Assembly (NCBI GenBank): GCA_037379345.1
Contig: CM074511.1
Location: 27,100,862-27,164,861 of the forward strand
Length of the DNA stretch: 64,000 bases
Direction: 5' to 3'
From: Perna viridis
Taxonomy: Eukaryota
Part shown: one piece after another, positions 1-12,700 of the stretch
Numbering within the stretch: position 1 is the first letter of the stretch
How the letters are laid out: each line of letters starts with the position of its first letter
The notes under the pieces: model-generated
Seen by the model: the letters and a program-made list of their open reading frames with translations, nothing else
Database searches by the model: none
What the model was told of the DNA's origin: nothing
Program-made: the position numbers and the translations under genes

Positions 1-357
1 GAATGGGGTACCCTTGCGTGTTACATGCTGGGGTTGTCAGGCTATAATACGAAAAGCCTGACCGCAAACCATAGTGGTGCACCGTGTGGGGAAAGATGCC
101 ACGTTCCTCGCACGCTAAAGAATCTTACTGTGGTAATCTTCCGGAGTAGGAACCACAGGAGGCTAAATTGTCCGACCCTACCCACCTCTCCCTATTTCCA
201 GTGGCAATCAAAATTTGTCGACCCCATTGTCCTTGTGTCCCGTCCCTTTTTCATTTTATCATCATTTCATGTTTATTTTATCATCAATTTCATGTTCATC
301 GTGTGAATATAGCTGAAATATTGCTTCTCGGACGTTAAACCCCAACAAACAAACAAA
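1..357 (+). mobile_element. SINE-like retroposon copy (cut by window edge), same family as 20879-21389
   Basis: Closely matches 21020-21389 and ends in the same GGACGTTAAACCCCAA(CAAA)n tail. Confidence 0.85.
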
Positions 358-432
358 CTCTAAAGTTTCTAGTGTAAGCTGTATACACAGACTACCAGTA
401 ACATATTTTAAAAATGCACCATATCATCATTT

Positions 433-1561
433 CTAAAATACGTTCAACTCACAAATCATATTTTTAAACTGTTTTCTGTAGGTCCATATTGACTTTCCTC
501 CATCAGCAATGACGACCAACTCCTTGGTTTGTGTGTCTAAAGTGACGCCCATCGATTTGAATACGGATATAAAGATGTTACCTTCATTGTCTGTGTCAAA
601 ACCACACTCGCCAATAACATTAATAGATTGCAACTTGTTTGAACAATTGAACTCGATTATGCTAGAGTCATTTCTAATGAGAACAAGTTCCTTTCCTTTC
701 TCGTTAAATATAAATTTTCCGTTCAACTCCCTGTTAATCGTTACTATTTTCCCGTTTAGCATTACAGTGTTTAGACCTTCATCTATACAGTTTACCTTGA
801 TTGCACCAAAGGAAAGTCCGACACCGTAGCAACTGCCAATCATATGAAATTGGTTAATAATTACAAGATTTTTATAGTTTGTTTGCATAAATTTTTAGTA
901 CGAATCGTCCGGATGTAACATAAATCAAATTATTAATATTGTCGACGGCTATTGCTTGTGGATCACTTTTAAGTACTAATTCACACTACCTTGCTCCTGT
1001 CTTTTCATAAACCATCAAGCGAGGTTTTGACTGTTCACCAAATATAATTTGTCCCATGGGAAGAATATTCAGTCATCGTATGAAAACGTTACTGTTTGTT
1101 TTTCTACTAGTAGTATGTCCGTTTTACCAAAAGCTATCCTTGATGTACATGCTTTCCACCGCTAGCGTTAATCTCTGCTGCTTCTAGTTCTCCTGCTGCA
1201 GGCGTCATTGTATTGTTATCAAGGACAGATTGCGAAAATATCAAGTTTTCGTTTTCGACAGTTGATGAACTATTTTCTTCCGTTTTTCGTATAAGTCGTA
1301 AATGAAATTTTGTCGATGACATCGAGTTCACTCTTTTTTCATTTGAATTCTAATATCAAATGTACACTTGACAGTGCATAACGACTTTACTGTTGTTGGT
1401 AAAAAAAATTCCTCTTTTTCAATCAACGAAGTCAGCTCTTTTAATGCCAGAGAATAAATCACGGGAGCGGATTTCAATTTTTGCATAGTATTTAGAGTAT
1501 CCTGTTGTGGTTAAAGATTTTTTCTCTTAACAATGAAGCTTTTCTGCTGCTTTTCGATTTC

Positions 1562-1592
<31 letters not shown>

Positions 1593-2078
1593 TATTCCTC
1601 TTCAATATGATTTGATTTTATTCTTAAATCTTCAATGTAGAGAGCAGTGTCTCTGTTTTCTGTTTTATAGTAGAGTGAAGACAAATTGTCTAACATATTT
1701 TCATTTGCTTTTCTAAATTGCCAACAAGGGTTTTTATCTTGTCCGATACTTTATGTATTATTTGCTTTTCAATGTCGTTGTTATTAAATGACAATACGAA
1801 AGGTATGTGTGGTCTTCCGTTTTGCAACGTTGGCAGCAAGGGACATCGTGGTCAATACAGAGAAATTTGAGTGTCTATTCATGGCTGGAGCAAGTGCTTC
1901 GTATCATTGATAATATTCTTGACCATGGATTATATTCATCAATTGTTATTTTCAAAACTTTATGGTACTTAAAACAAGCCACACACAACAGCTCACTACA
2001 CTGTATACATCAGTAAGCTGAATGTACCCGTGTGTTTTGTTTAAGTTGTTGGCACGGCTGACAACAGACTTGTTCCAT
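433..2078 (-). pseudogene. RING-less TRIM-like (B-box1, B-box2, coiled coil, NHL/beta-propeller-like C-terminus) pseudogene
   Basis: ATG at 2078 directly after a TTTTTAG acceptor gives MEQVCCQPCQ...AY*CIQCSELLCVACFKYHK...TCSSHE*TLKFLCIDHDVPCCQRCKTEDH. In-frame TGA at 2012-2010 and TAG at 1877-1875, then frame-broken coiled-coil fragments. C-terminal ORF 433-888 has CYGV...GFDTDNEGNIFIS propeller-like motifs. Confidence 0.8.
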
Positions 2079-3003
2079 CTAAAAACATTTTTTTATAAAA
2101 AAAAAACAAAAAGCTCAAAGGAAGATTGGTTGCACTACTACATATTCTCTTTTGTATACCAGATAGTTGTTCATCAAATAGAAACGTCATTTTGTCTTGG
2201 TTTAAAATAGAAACACGGCACTGATAATCCAATTTATTATCATAATTGCAGAAATATTATTCTATTCCATATCTTATTATCAACGTTTGTCAGGTACTAC
2301 TTGAAATGATTCCGAGGAACTGTTTGAACTATTCTTGTTACGATCAATCTTTAGTCCGACTTGTCACCTGTTCGTAGGCGTTCATTGACAAATATTCGTC
2401 AAATCGTTGAGTCTGCTTATATTAGGAAAGGAGAAGATTGTAAATGTATCGGAGCTCATTTTTTTCGAACTGTTTGTAGATAGATCATTTGTTTATTTTT
2501 CTTTGACTTATCTAACAGCTTAATCCATTCTGGGTTATCCTTTCATAATTACATTTCACTTGACGTTATTTCCTCATAGACCGAAAAAAAACCAGTCATT
2601 CCTTTATCAAAAAACCGCTTAGAAATAATTAATCAAGATAAGATTTCAAACTAAGAAATGACTTTTCCATTAGTTGTTCCGAAAATAACCACTTCAAGCA
2701 CATGTAGACTTCAAAAAGAGCAATAGTTGCGAAATTTCTTGTTTTCAGTAATATTCTTGTCGAATCGAAACTTTAATAAATATAACGACAATGAATATCG
2801 AGAATATGTCAGACAACAACCCCACCGAGATTAAACGAATATGTTGGCCCAAGGCCATTAATAAAGCCTTTAAATATTCTCCCCAATGTCCCAACATCAG
2901 AGAAAATTTAACTTTCTACTTTCTAAAATTGAAGTGGCTGGCGATGAAATAAACAATGTAATGTACCTTTTGCTTTCGTTATTAGTCACACAATAAAATT
3001 GAT

Positions 3004-3590
3004 AAGAGTAATTAAGGGAACCAAGGTTATAGCGGTAATCAAAAGAACGTAATCTCCAGGGACAAAGTCCAGACATGGAAAACAGACATGCACAACAAAG
3101 AATATAAAGTAACTAAAATCATACATACAAAGTAAGAAAAGCAAATGAGCAACTCGGACTCAACAAAAAACTGGGAGCATGGACCAGGTGCACCGGTAGG
3201 GTAAGTGTCCTCTGCTTTTCTAGAAACATCCGCCGAGTTGCTCATCAAATGTCAAGTCCGGGGTAGACGAAAGAGGGAAGGAATACTATGACACGTTGAA
3301 CAAATCGGTTTTCATGGCGCAGACAGATCCACGAGTTCATGATGACGTCCAAAAAATTTTTGTAGTGATGACTTCAACTTGTAGCAACATAACCCTGTTC
3401 CAGAAGCCTATTTGTTAGAATTATAGCGCGGTACAAAAAGTCTGCGTAGTTTTGGCAAGCCCTGGCATAACGTATGAGCTGTGATATGAACACTCCATAT
3501 CGAGGTGCTGAAGGGATTTCGTCACAGATAGAAGGAAAGTTGACAATTCTGAATGAAAAGTCATCACGTTTGTCGTAAAGATTGGTCAAT
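3004..3590 (-). mobile_element. Penelope-like (Naiad-type) retroelement 3' fragment with RT C-terminus
   Basis: Encodes YDKRDDFSFRIVNFP...YGVFISQLIRYARAC; shares the 3' end ...GGTTCCCTT(G/A)ATTACTCTT with the other copies. Confidence 0.75.
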
Positions 3591-5099
3591 AAGATACAGT
3601 ATTAACTGTGTAAGCATTTTCGATTAGTTTACTTGATAATCGATATATGTAAGTGATATGATTTTAATTAATTCATTTATGCTTTCTAAATGAACACCGG
3701 AGTTATAGTAATGCACATGCGTGATTGCAATATATGTCTGCAATGTTTGTGTTTTATATTTATTCACTTTAAGTGTGTGTGAGGGGTATGTAGTTATATG
3801 AGCGTCCTTTTTTCATCTTCATTAAAGGAGAAAACTATGTTATTATGTAAGTCCTGAATATCGAAAATAATTTGTTAAATGTTCATGAAAATTAAATTGA
3901 AAAACATAATATTCCCATTGTGCACCTACTATTACAAACTATGATTCTAAACAATTTGAAAGTCAAACAGTGCAATTCATCAAATGAGGAGTAGGGGTAT
4001 CACTTGCTCATAGTTTTTTTCTAATTTATATCTAAATATCCTCCGAATTTGTTATTGACAATCAAATATAATTGTTTTTACTCTACTAGACAGAATATGG
4101 TGAAGTTTGTCCCAAACTAATCTATATACCAGAAGTCCCATCGCCGTTGAGTATCTACCATGTATGCACACTGTCCCCAAAGTGTAATTTTGTAAAATTC
4201 GTTTCTACTGCATTTAGTCGGTCATTTGCAGTGTTCCGCATATTGCAAAACTAATTAAGTATGTCATGAGAAAAAAGCTTAAGTTCTATCTTGATGAATC
4301 ATGATTATTACATAAATTTAAACATGTTTTTGCATTTAAGTACATGTATAAACTTTACAGAAATATTATTACATGTATGTTGAGATCTGTAGCGAGATCA
4401 AAGGGAAAAATGAACAATTTCAATTTTTGTCTTGGCACAATCATGTGTTGGCCTTTGGAGATAGATATGAATAAATTTAAATACAATTTGACAAAATTGA
4501 ATTACTTGTTGTTTTTTAAAACTGTCAAAACATAAAACATTACTGTGAAGAAAACTAAATATACCTTACAATATTTTGTGAGAATGTATTAGCACCATTT
4601 AAAAAAAATTATAGTCATAGAAATCATTCGATGAATACAATACACTGCATGATCATAGATAACAGTTGGGTTTCAAGAGGTCCGGGGGTTAGAACCCCCT
4701 CCTCCTTTGTTAGAAATTTCTGTTAATTTTGTGCACAATGTTGGAAAATTTGTGCATGAAACTCACACTTTAATAACTTCAGGATCCTTCCCTGAATATA
4801 ATGTGTAAATTAAATTGCTAGATTGGATTATTAGTTGTTAAGACGTGGATCAGTCTAAGTTTAAAATATCCAATCCTTTGACTCTAGTACGAATTTTCAT
4901 ACAAATATACAGACCTTATAAACAAGAAAATATGATGACGCGAAACGGCTATGCCGTTCGGAATTGGTCGGATAGTGCTATAAAAAATTATAATTTATGA
5001 AAATGTAAGAAATAAATGGTGATTAGCATGTTTTTTTCTTTAGTTTATGTACAGTATATGAACGTCAATTTCAGTAACGTATATTGCTTTGCACTTGGT

Positions 5100-5398
5100 T
5101 AATCAATGGGCTTTGTAAGTCCCGTCCTGTTTTTATTTTCGTTATCGGGAATTTTAATGTATAATGTATTGAAAACTGAAGACCGGTTTGCATTTCATTG
5201 TTTACCCCAAAGGAGTACATTGCAAAATTATACATATATATATTTTTATATTTCTTTTATATTCAATGCTTTTCGTAACACTTTTACTATCATGTAGAAA
5301 TATAATTATTTTTGTCGAAAGTTTCCTTGCATTTGAACGGTGGATTAGAACCCATTCTCGTGAAGCCAAGGAGTCACGAGAAAAGACTTACATTCCCT
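5100..5398. repeat. degenerate interspersed repeat (second copy ~18940-19258)
   Basis: Shared GTTTCC(T/A)TGCATTTGAA...CCCATTCTC...TCACG...GACTT.CAT.CCCT end; left boundary approximate. Confidence 0.5.
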
Positions 5399-5479
5399 AC
5401 TGAAAAGAAGGTTAAACAAAATTATTTTTAGTCTATTTCAATTCTACATCAATACATGTAGTAATTGAATTATCCTTCT

Positions 5480-6607
5480 TATGACGACCAAGCTCAAGCT
5501 AGCGAACAATAAAAAAGCGCGGAGAAACTCCAATATCTAAAAACCATAGTACACAACAAACCCACAACGGACTTTGCCATTTTATTTCATATTATTTACG
5601 TATCATTGGATGATTTCGTAATAAAACTTTTGACACTTCTGTGTTTATGCACATACTTCTAATGCATTTCAAATTGCTTTATTGAAACTGATATTGAAAA
5701 CTTTTGAAATAAAATTTTGAATGCTTTCATAGACGAAAGATATTAATTTGCATACTGATATGATTAATTAACTATTTTTTGGACCCTGGTGTAGGGCCCG
5801 ATTTGTGGACTGATTTGTAAATATCTGGAAATGACATTTATAACTCAGTAAACTTTAATTGTATAAGTCAATTCAGTTACACAGAAATAGAATAATGTTT
5901 GAAATAAACAATTCTCTTTCTATACATATACAAAAATAAATTATATCCCCGTTTTGTAAAAACACACAAACAAAACATACAAATGCACAAACAAACAAAA
6001 ATATATGAAATAAAAACAAATTATGAACCCCCACTTTTAAATTTCACAGCTTTTACAGACCATTCAGGGTTGTTTAGTCACCATACCGGTAAGTACACCA
6101 CCAAATTTCCAGGGTGTGCACATGAACCGTACTCCCAAAATGGAAATTCAAAGTTGGCAAAAAAACTCACGAGGGAGACCCTTCTTCAAGGGGTCATGAA
6201 AAATTTCCTACGGGAAAGCTTTTACAGACCATTCAGGGTTGGTTAGTCACAATACCGGTTAGTTCACCACCAAATTTCCAGAGTGTGCGTATGAACTGTT
6301 CTCCAAAACATAAAATTCAAATTTGGCATAAAACGTCATGCAGCGGCCCCTCTTCAAGGTGTCATAAAAAAAAATTCAAAATTTTATTTTAAGTTTTTTT
6401 AATCTCAATTTCAATAAAACAATTTGAAATGCATCTGAAGTACGTGTATAAAAATAGTCAAAAAAGTCAAAAATTTTATTACGAAATTATCCAAATGATA
6501 CATGTGAATGCATCAGTGCGTTGTGGGTTTGTTATGTTTTATGGTTTTTTTATATTGAAGTTTTCCCGCGCTTTCTTATTGTTCGTTAGCTTGAGCTTGG
6601 TCTTATA
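5480..6607. mobile_element. non-autonomous DNA transposon with ~85-90 bp TIRs and an internal 169-bp tandem dimer
   Basis: GACCAAGCTCAAGCTA.CGAACAATAA...AAACCCACAACG at 5486-5569 is mirrored at ~6519-6602; internal units start at 6048 and 6217. Confidence 0.75.
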
Positions 6608-6676
6608 AAGCGTATTTTACAGTAATCCGAGTAGTAAATTAAAAGCGACAAATATATGTAATCATTTGAGGTTTAT

Positions 6677-6677
<1 letters not shown>

Positions 6678-6723
<46 letters not shown>
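6678..6723. repeat. (GT)n microsatellite, ~23 units
   Basis: Read directly from the sequence. Confidence 0.95.
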
Positions 6724-6728
<5 letters not shown>

Positions 6729-8089
6729 AGCATTATTATCATTTTCAACATGTTGATTCTACAACTTAATTAATACTACAATGTACTAAAAAAAAAGAAA
6801 TTTCAGCATTCCGATTTTGTATACACTTCTTTTTTTTATTTTTAAAACTAAACTGTCTTGATGATATCTCCAATTTCCAACAAATTACAGTAAAGCCTAC
6901 AAAATATATTTGTTTAGTCGATTTTGATAGCATTTATTAGATTGTAACAGTTTTATTTGCTCAACTAGAAAAAATGGGATAGGACACATGTTAGTCAAAC
7001 TTATGAAGTCTTCTCCCATGAATTACATTTTTACAATATTACACAAAGCATACTGCGAGAATATACAGTAACGACATGCAAAAGACAACAAGAAAAAAAA
7101 TTAAAAGCAATTGGGTAAATAAAATAAAAAAAAAAAAAAACGATTGATAAACAAAAACACATAGTTTGTGTGTGGACCCGACGCCTCAAAGTATTTTAAA
7201 CGACGAGGAAACGTACCGTTCTTTACCTTGCTCCGAAACCTAGTTGAAAGTTTAATTTTAAAACCCTTGTTCTGCTACATGTTAGAAAGTCAGTGTACAA
7301 CATACCCCTGTGTTGGAAGTATGCATGGATTAGGAAAATATCTCTTTTTGAAGGGATTCTGTATTAGTTTTCAATATTGTGCAAGCATGCTCGTTTAATC
7401 CATAGAGTACTAACGATTTTGTATTTAGTTTTTAATTCGTAATAGTTTACAGAATTATTTTTTTATGCTTGATTTTGTTTTGAAACAGTTTTTTTTTTTG
7501 GTGGAAAATATGATATAAAATTCAATGTTTTGTATTATACTTAAATGCACTTGTTATTTACTAAAGATATTCATATTTATAAAGTATCATAATTATGCAT
7601 GTTCATAGTAATTTGCAGATCTTGTGAAATGTGTGATATGAATGATCAAGTATCTTAATTAAAAAATTTAGTCAGCGTCTCCGACATGGACAGAGTAAGT
7701 TGAAATAAAAGAGTCATATTTAGCTCGAAAACCAAATAAAGCTTTTAAAATAACTGATAATTTCTGTTAGAAGACAAAAGTATTGAAATTTGGAATTGTC
7801 ATTTTCTGAGTAAAGACGTTGTGTACCTTGCTTAAATAAAAAGAATATTTAACCATTTAAAACATTTACAAGAAACTGATCATTTTGAGATCTAAATTGC
7901 CTTTTCAATGATATAAAAATATTTAGGCGGTAGAAATACAAACAACTAGATAATCACGGCGTTCCTATAAATAAATGTAAGTTTAAAGTAAGCTGTTAAT
8001 TTCTTCGCATTCTTTATTCCATATATTTGACTAACAATTTACAAACAAATAATAAAGTTTTAAACAGCATGCATAGCGCCACCTTTTAA

Positions 8090-8301
8090 GGAGGTAGACC
8101 AAGGGTAAAGGACATAACTCTTGCAACCATTGACACGTTTAATTGTATTCAGCATTTTACATCAATCTCATGAAAGCAAAGTGACTTGGATTGATTTCAT
8201 TCTCTTCCAAATGAAAGTTTGATAGGCTTTGGGGAAATTGAGTATTATACAAACATATCACTGATTTCAAGAGTTATGTCCCTTACTCTAGGTCTACCTC
8301 C
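8090..8301. mobile_element. ~210-bp MITE, GGAGGTAGACC TIR family (TTAA target, Kolobok-like)
   Basis: TIR GGAGGTAGACC.AGGGTAA.GGACATAACTCTTG / CAAGAGTTATGTCCCTTACTCTAGGTCTACCTCC; 5' TTAA; 4 copies in window. Confidence 0.8.
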
Positions 8302-9594
8302 TCATGTAGCCGTCAAACTAGCTCACCATTCAGACATAGGGCTACTTGTATGCATCGACTGGAATTACATGATAATAAAATTTCACGAATAACTAAACGC
8401 TCATTATCCTACCAATGTACCTGGTCTATTATAGAGTCGTTTGTATTATATCATTTCTTCTGATTTTTGATTGTTTGTTTGTTATAGGTTACGATTTTAT
8501 CACTGTCTTTTTCTTGATGTCGTAAAAAAATGCGATAAAACTTAATTTCAACTATTTCAGTGCCATCTAGCATGGACCACAAGGAAAAATAACACAAGTA
8601 CAATTTGTATCATAACATTTGACTTTATTTCTAATTATTTTGGGAATGATTTTTGAGATCACGTCCATAAAATGTTAAAACAAGCAAGTTTATGGTCATT
8701 TTTTATTTGCTACTTACAGCAAGACGCTGTGTGTTAGAAATAAATGTGAATCATCTACAACAAAATTAAGAATGTTTTATCATTTCAACAATATCATTTG
8801 TTTGTTCATTCAAATAGGTTGTAAAACACGTTACATGCTTCAGAAGGTTTTCTGACAAGAAGAGTAAAACCTGGATCATCCGACACCTCAGTACATTAGA
8901 ATCATGTATGATCTGAAACTTTTTTGTTGAACAGGATACTGATATTTTCTTCTTTCGATAAGGTGAATTTCCCCACAATTTTCTTGTCGGAAGATATGTC
9001 AGGTTTAAACTTTTCCACTGCATAACAATCACAGCCTCTTTTTAACCTTCCTTAAAGTTTAAAGGCAAAAAAAACAGTAGCGGTTTGTAAAAACTAAAAC
9101 TTACAAACCGACACTGATGTGTCAGTTTGACAAAAGTAATGTCGGGCCATCACATCATTATTCATTTATGTGAAAGTTTAAAAATTTGGTATTTGAACTA
9201 TAAAACGACAAAAAGCGTATTAAGTAAAATACAAAAATGAATATTTTTGATAGAAAAGGTTGTTTTCGAAATTGTAGTATACGTATAAGTATTGTAAATT
9301 CTAGTAGCATGATAGAAAACGGTATTCCGGAATTGATCGATTATGTTTACTTAATTAGTAGAATATATAAGTCTTAACATTAATCATGTTTTGAAAAAAA
9401 ACTTTACAATATTTCAATATTCAATATTTCTTTAAAATCAAAGATAACATTAAATCTTTATCCAAATAACAAAATAATAACAAAACAAAAACAGTATGGT
9501 TAAGCCGGAAAGAAAGTTCAGCCAATCACAGCCCTGGGAATTCGTGATTTCCCTGAGAGACACGTAGAATCTTCAGAGGATCGTCTCGGGGTAA

Positions 9595-9759
9595 TTACGG
9601 CATGCCAGTTTGCTGTTTTATCCAGTCCACGTAAGACGTAACTCTTGTGAAAACACTGGGATATCCAGGTTTGTCACAATCTTCCGTTCCCCACGATACG
9701 ATACCAGTCAGGTAATATCTCCCATTGTACTTGCAGGACATTGGACTTCCGGAGTCTCC
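9595..9759 (-). CDS. protease exon 8 (catalytic Ser, stop)
   Basis: [54 protein letters not shown]. Confidence 0.95.
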   Translation of the reverse strand, partial: GDSGSPMSCKYNGRYYLTGIVSWGTEDCDKPGYPSVFTRVTSYVDWIKQQTGMP

Positions 9760-12700
9760 CTAAAATACGGAATAAACTAAATGGAAATTAAGGTATTTCT
9801 TAGCTTACTACAACTTCTTTTATTGATTTCGATATTTTTAAAATCCGTGTACAAGATCTAAATACAAAAGCGCATCAAATGAAATCTAAATAATTAAAAG
9901 GGTGTTATTGTTAACGATCAAAGTTAACTGTCAAATGATAAAAAAGATGCTGAATTCACTCACTGAGCAAGGTCCAAAGGTTCCATCTCCGAAACAGACC
10001 ATATCATTGTCCATGTTTGTCTTCCAGAACTCGCTACATCTCGTATTACTGATCACGTGACCCTGGACTTGCCGTAATGATGCCCCAGTAGTACTTTCCT
10101 CTGCAATAGTTAATGTAACACAATACGATATACATGTAATTTCCAAAAGCTTATACATGTTGGAGGCCATAACAAATCCATTCGGTGGCATAGATTAGTT
10201 CTATGGAAAGCCAGCGGAGTCAAATTCTTAATTCGTTTATAGTCAATTCGTTAATAATTGTAAAAGTATAATTTCAAAATTCGTAATTTGTAAAAATCAA
10301 TGTCTATTTGTAAATTGTTACCATGTAAAATCCTAATTTGTAATTCATAATACGGGTTTTATAGTAATTTTACAGTAAATTATCGTCTCCCGGATAAGGT
10401 TCACACTTGAGATGTTCTCCCATAGTTATTTCTTATTATTATACCTCAGTATATAAACATCAATACAAAATTTTCTACAATAAAATTGCTATTTTTCTCC
10501 TTTTTCAGTGTTTGACTATTGACCGGCAATGTCAACCGCTTTCGCGGATTTTTAGTTCCGTCACCGGATTGGACAAAAGTTTTATATTTATTCGGAACGC
10601 TCGAACTTCACCCTCTCTTAATGAAAACCCCGAAATTATCACGTCTACTCGTTTTGTCTGCTGAATCACAAAGGGCAAGGTTTGCCTCCTTAACTGACCA
10701 GGATTTGGACACAATTATTGGCCAAAGGACTCTAAAAACACAAAATCCGTTATACGCGTGTCGAAAAGGATTTTAAGTGACTATCTAATAGAAAAAGATG
10801 GGGAATTTACGTCAATTGATGATCTTCTGCTGAAGTTACATGTTATGCCAAACAAATCCATGATAACCCTTCGCTTTGGGTTGCAGAAACATTTTCTCAA
10901 AAGTAAAAATGAGGACATTATAAACAGTGATGCGTTTTCCGGTGCAAATGAAATGTTAAAGTCAGTTTTGGTCAAATTATCAAAGGAAGGTTACGGGACA
11001 GTTCGTCACAAGGACGTTATTATACGTGAGGACTTACAAAAACTGTACAATCACCAAAAGTTTTCTTGTAAAACACCAGAATCTCTACAGAAAAGGGTGT
11101 TGTTTTTTTTGTTACATTTAATTGTCATTCAATAATATTGTTAACTCTTTATTATTTTTATTTTACTCAATACTGCATACTGGCATGCTCTTCAACAAGT
11201 CTTGCACTTTAACACAGATGAAATTGAATGTTTGCGAGACAATATTCAAATATGTACATTGTTGCTGTTCTTTATCTTACAGACAATTGCTGTTGAAGGC
11301 TACTTTCTGAAAATTCAAACTTCTATGAATTACTGGTGAAAAGGTCAATGAGACAACGTTCAGGTTAAAATATTGCCAAAAGATGCATGGTTTTCTGGGT
11401 TTTGAACATTTTGAGGTGATGAGGGGAAATATCAGTGACATTGAAATAGAAAATATCGTAAAAACGTTTTTCTGGGTTATCATTTTGAGATGATCATTCA
11501 ACCATGAACAATGGTGGGATATGGAGTAAATATATTACAAGTCTAATGTTTTCGGTATAATAAAATACTTATAGACTGGGTATTCGGGAAATAGCAAGTT
11601 TGTTGTTCCCCTCGACTGTGACTATTGCCCGTGGAACAAACTTGCTATTTCTCTCATACCCAGTCAATTATATAATGTGCATAGGTCTCGTTTTCGAGTT
11701 GATTTCAAACAGCTCATTCTCAGGTAATGTTTTGTCATTTCAAGATTAACAATGAAATATAAACTCTCAGAATTTGTTTAAAGAAAGACAAAAAAACTGA
11801 ATTTAGTTGACTGCACAATGCATTTAATCAACAAATGTAGCTTTTGAACTTCGCAGTTTTCAAAAATGAACATTTTACATACTGGCTTTTTAGTATGAAT
11901 GTAGGATGCATCGTTAGATGTATACAATGTCATCCACGAATGACAATTACACTTACCTTTCGTGTCTCCCCATCCTGTTACCCAACACTGGTCAGAGTTC
12001 TCTACATCAAACAGTTCTACACTATTACTTTGTTCTCTCTTGAATCTAATGTGGTTTACCATATTCAATTTTGTCTTGAAAGCATCAGGCAAGTCTAGGC
12101 GGCTAATGTACTCATTCACTAATGTATCCCGCGGTACAGAGTTATCGTTCCTTTTGATATTGTTGGAGTTGAATTGAGGATCACCGCTCAAGGGAAGACA
12201 AATTGCTCTGACGTAATCAGAGGTCAGGTCGACTGGTTCTGCCAGCTCAATAAGAGCAATGTCATGCTTGTACTGTTTATGAATAGGAATACTTTCGTTT
12301 TCTTCTACGGCGTCTCTCTGATCGACCCTATAGTATGGATGCTATAAAAAATAGTTTGGACACTTTAAATGACATACATGTACATGTACATGCATTGAAA
12401 AAATACAGAAATTCGTAAAATAGTTCGGATTCAGTATTTAATATTTTAACGTGTGTTCTTTCACATTTAGATATTAAAACAAATATTGATTTCTGTTATG
12501 AAAATATTTTTATTAACAAAATGAATGTCTCAAAAAGTTTTTTTTTAAAGTTGAATGTTAGATACGTTTTGTAACATACACTTTCTTAAGTGCAAAAAAT
12601 AAATACGAAAATTGTCATTTATTACATTCGTTAATCGGTAAGATTTTTGGTGTCATTACATCCAAAAATTAAACGAATGATAGCAAAAATACATATCAGA

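Noticed and set aside
2010-2012. In-frame TGA as selenocysteine in the B-box
   Set aside because: It sits at a probable Trp position, and a TAG plus frameshifts also disrupt the gene.
8780-9040. Protein-like stretch on the minus strand (GCDCYAVEKFKPD...)
   Set aside because: Contains stops and no recognisable family motif.
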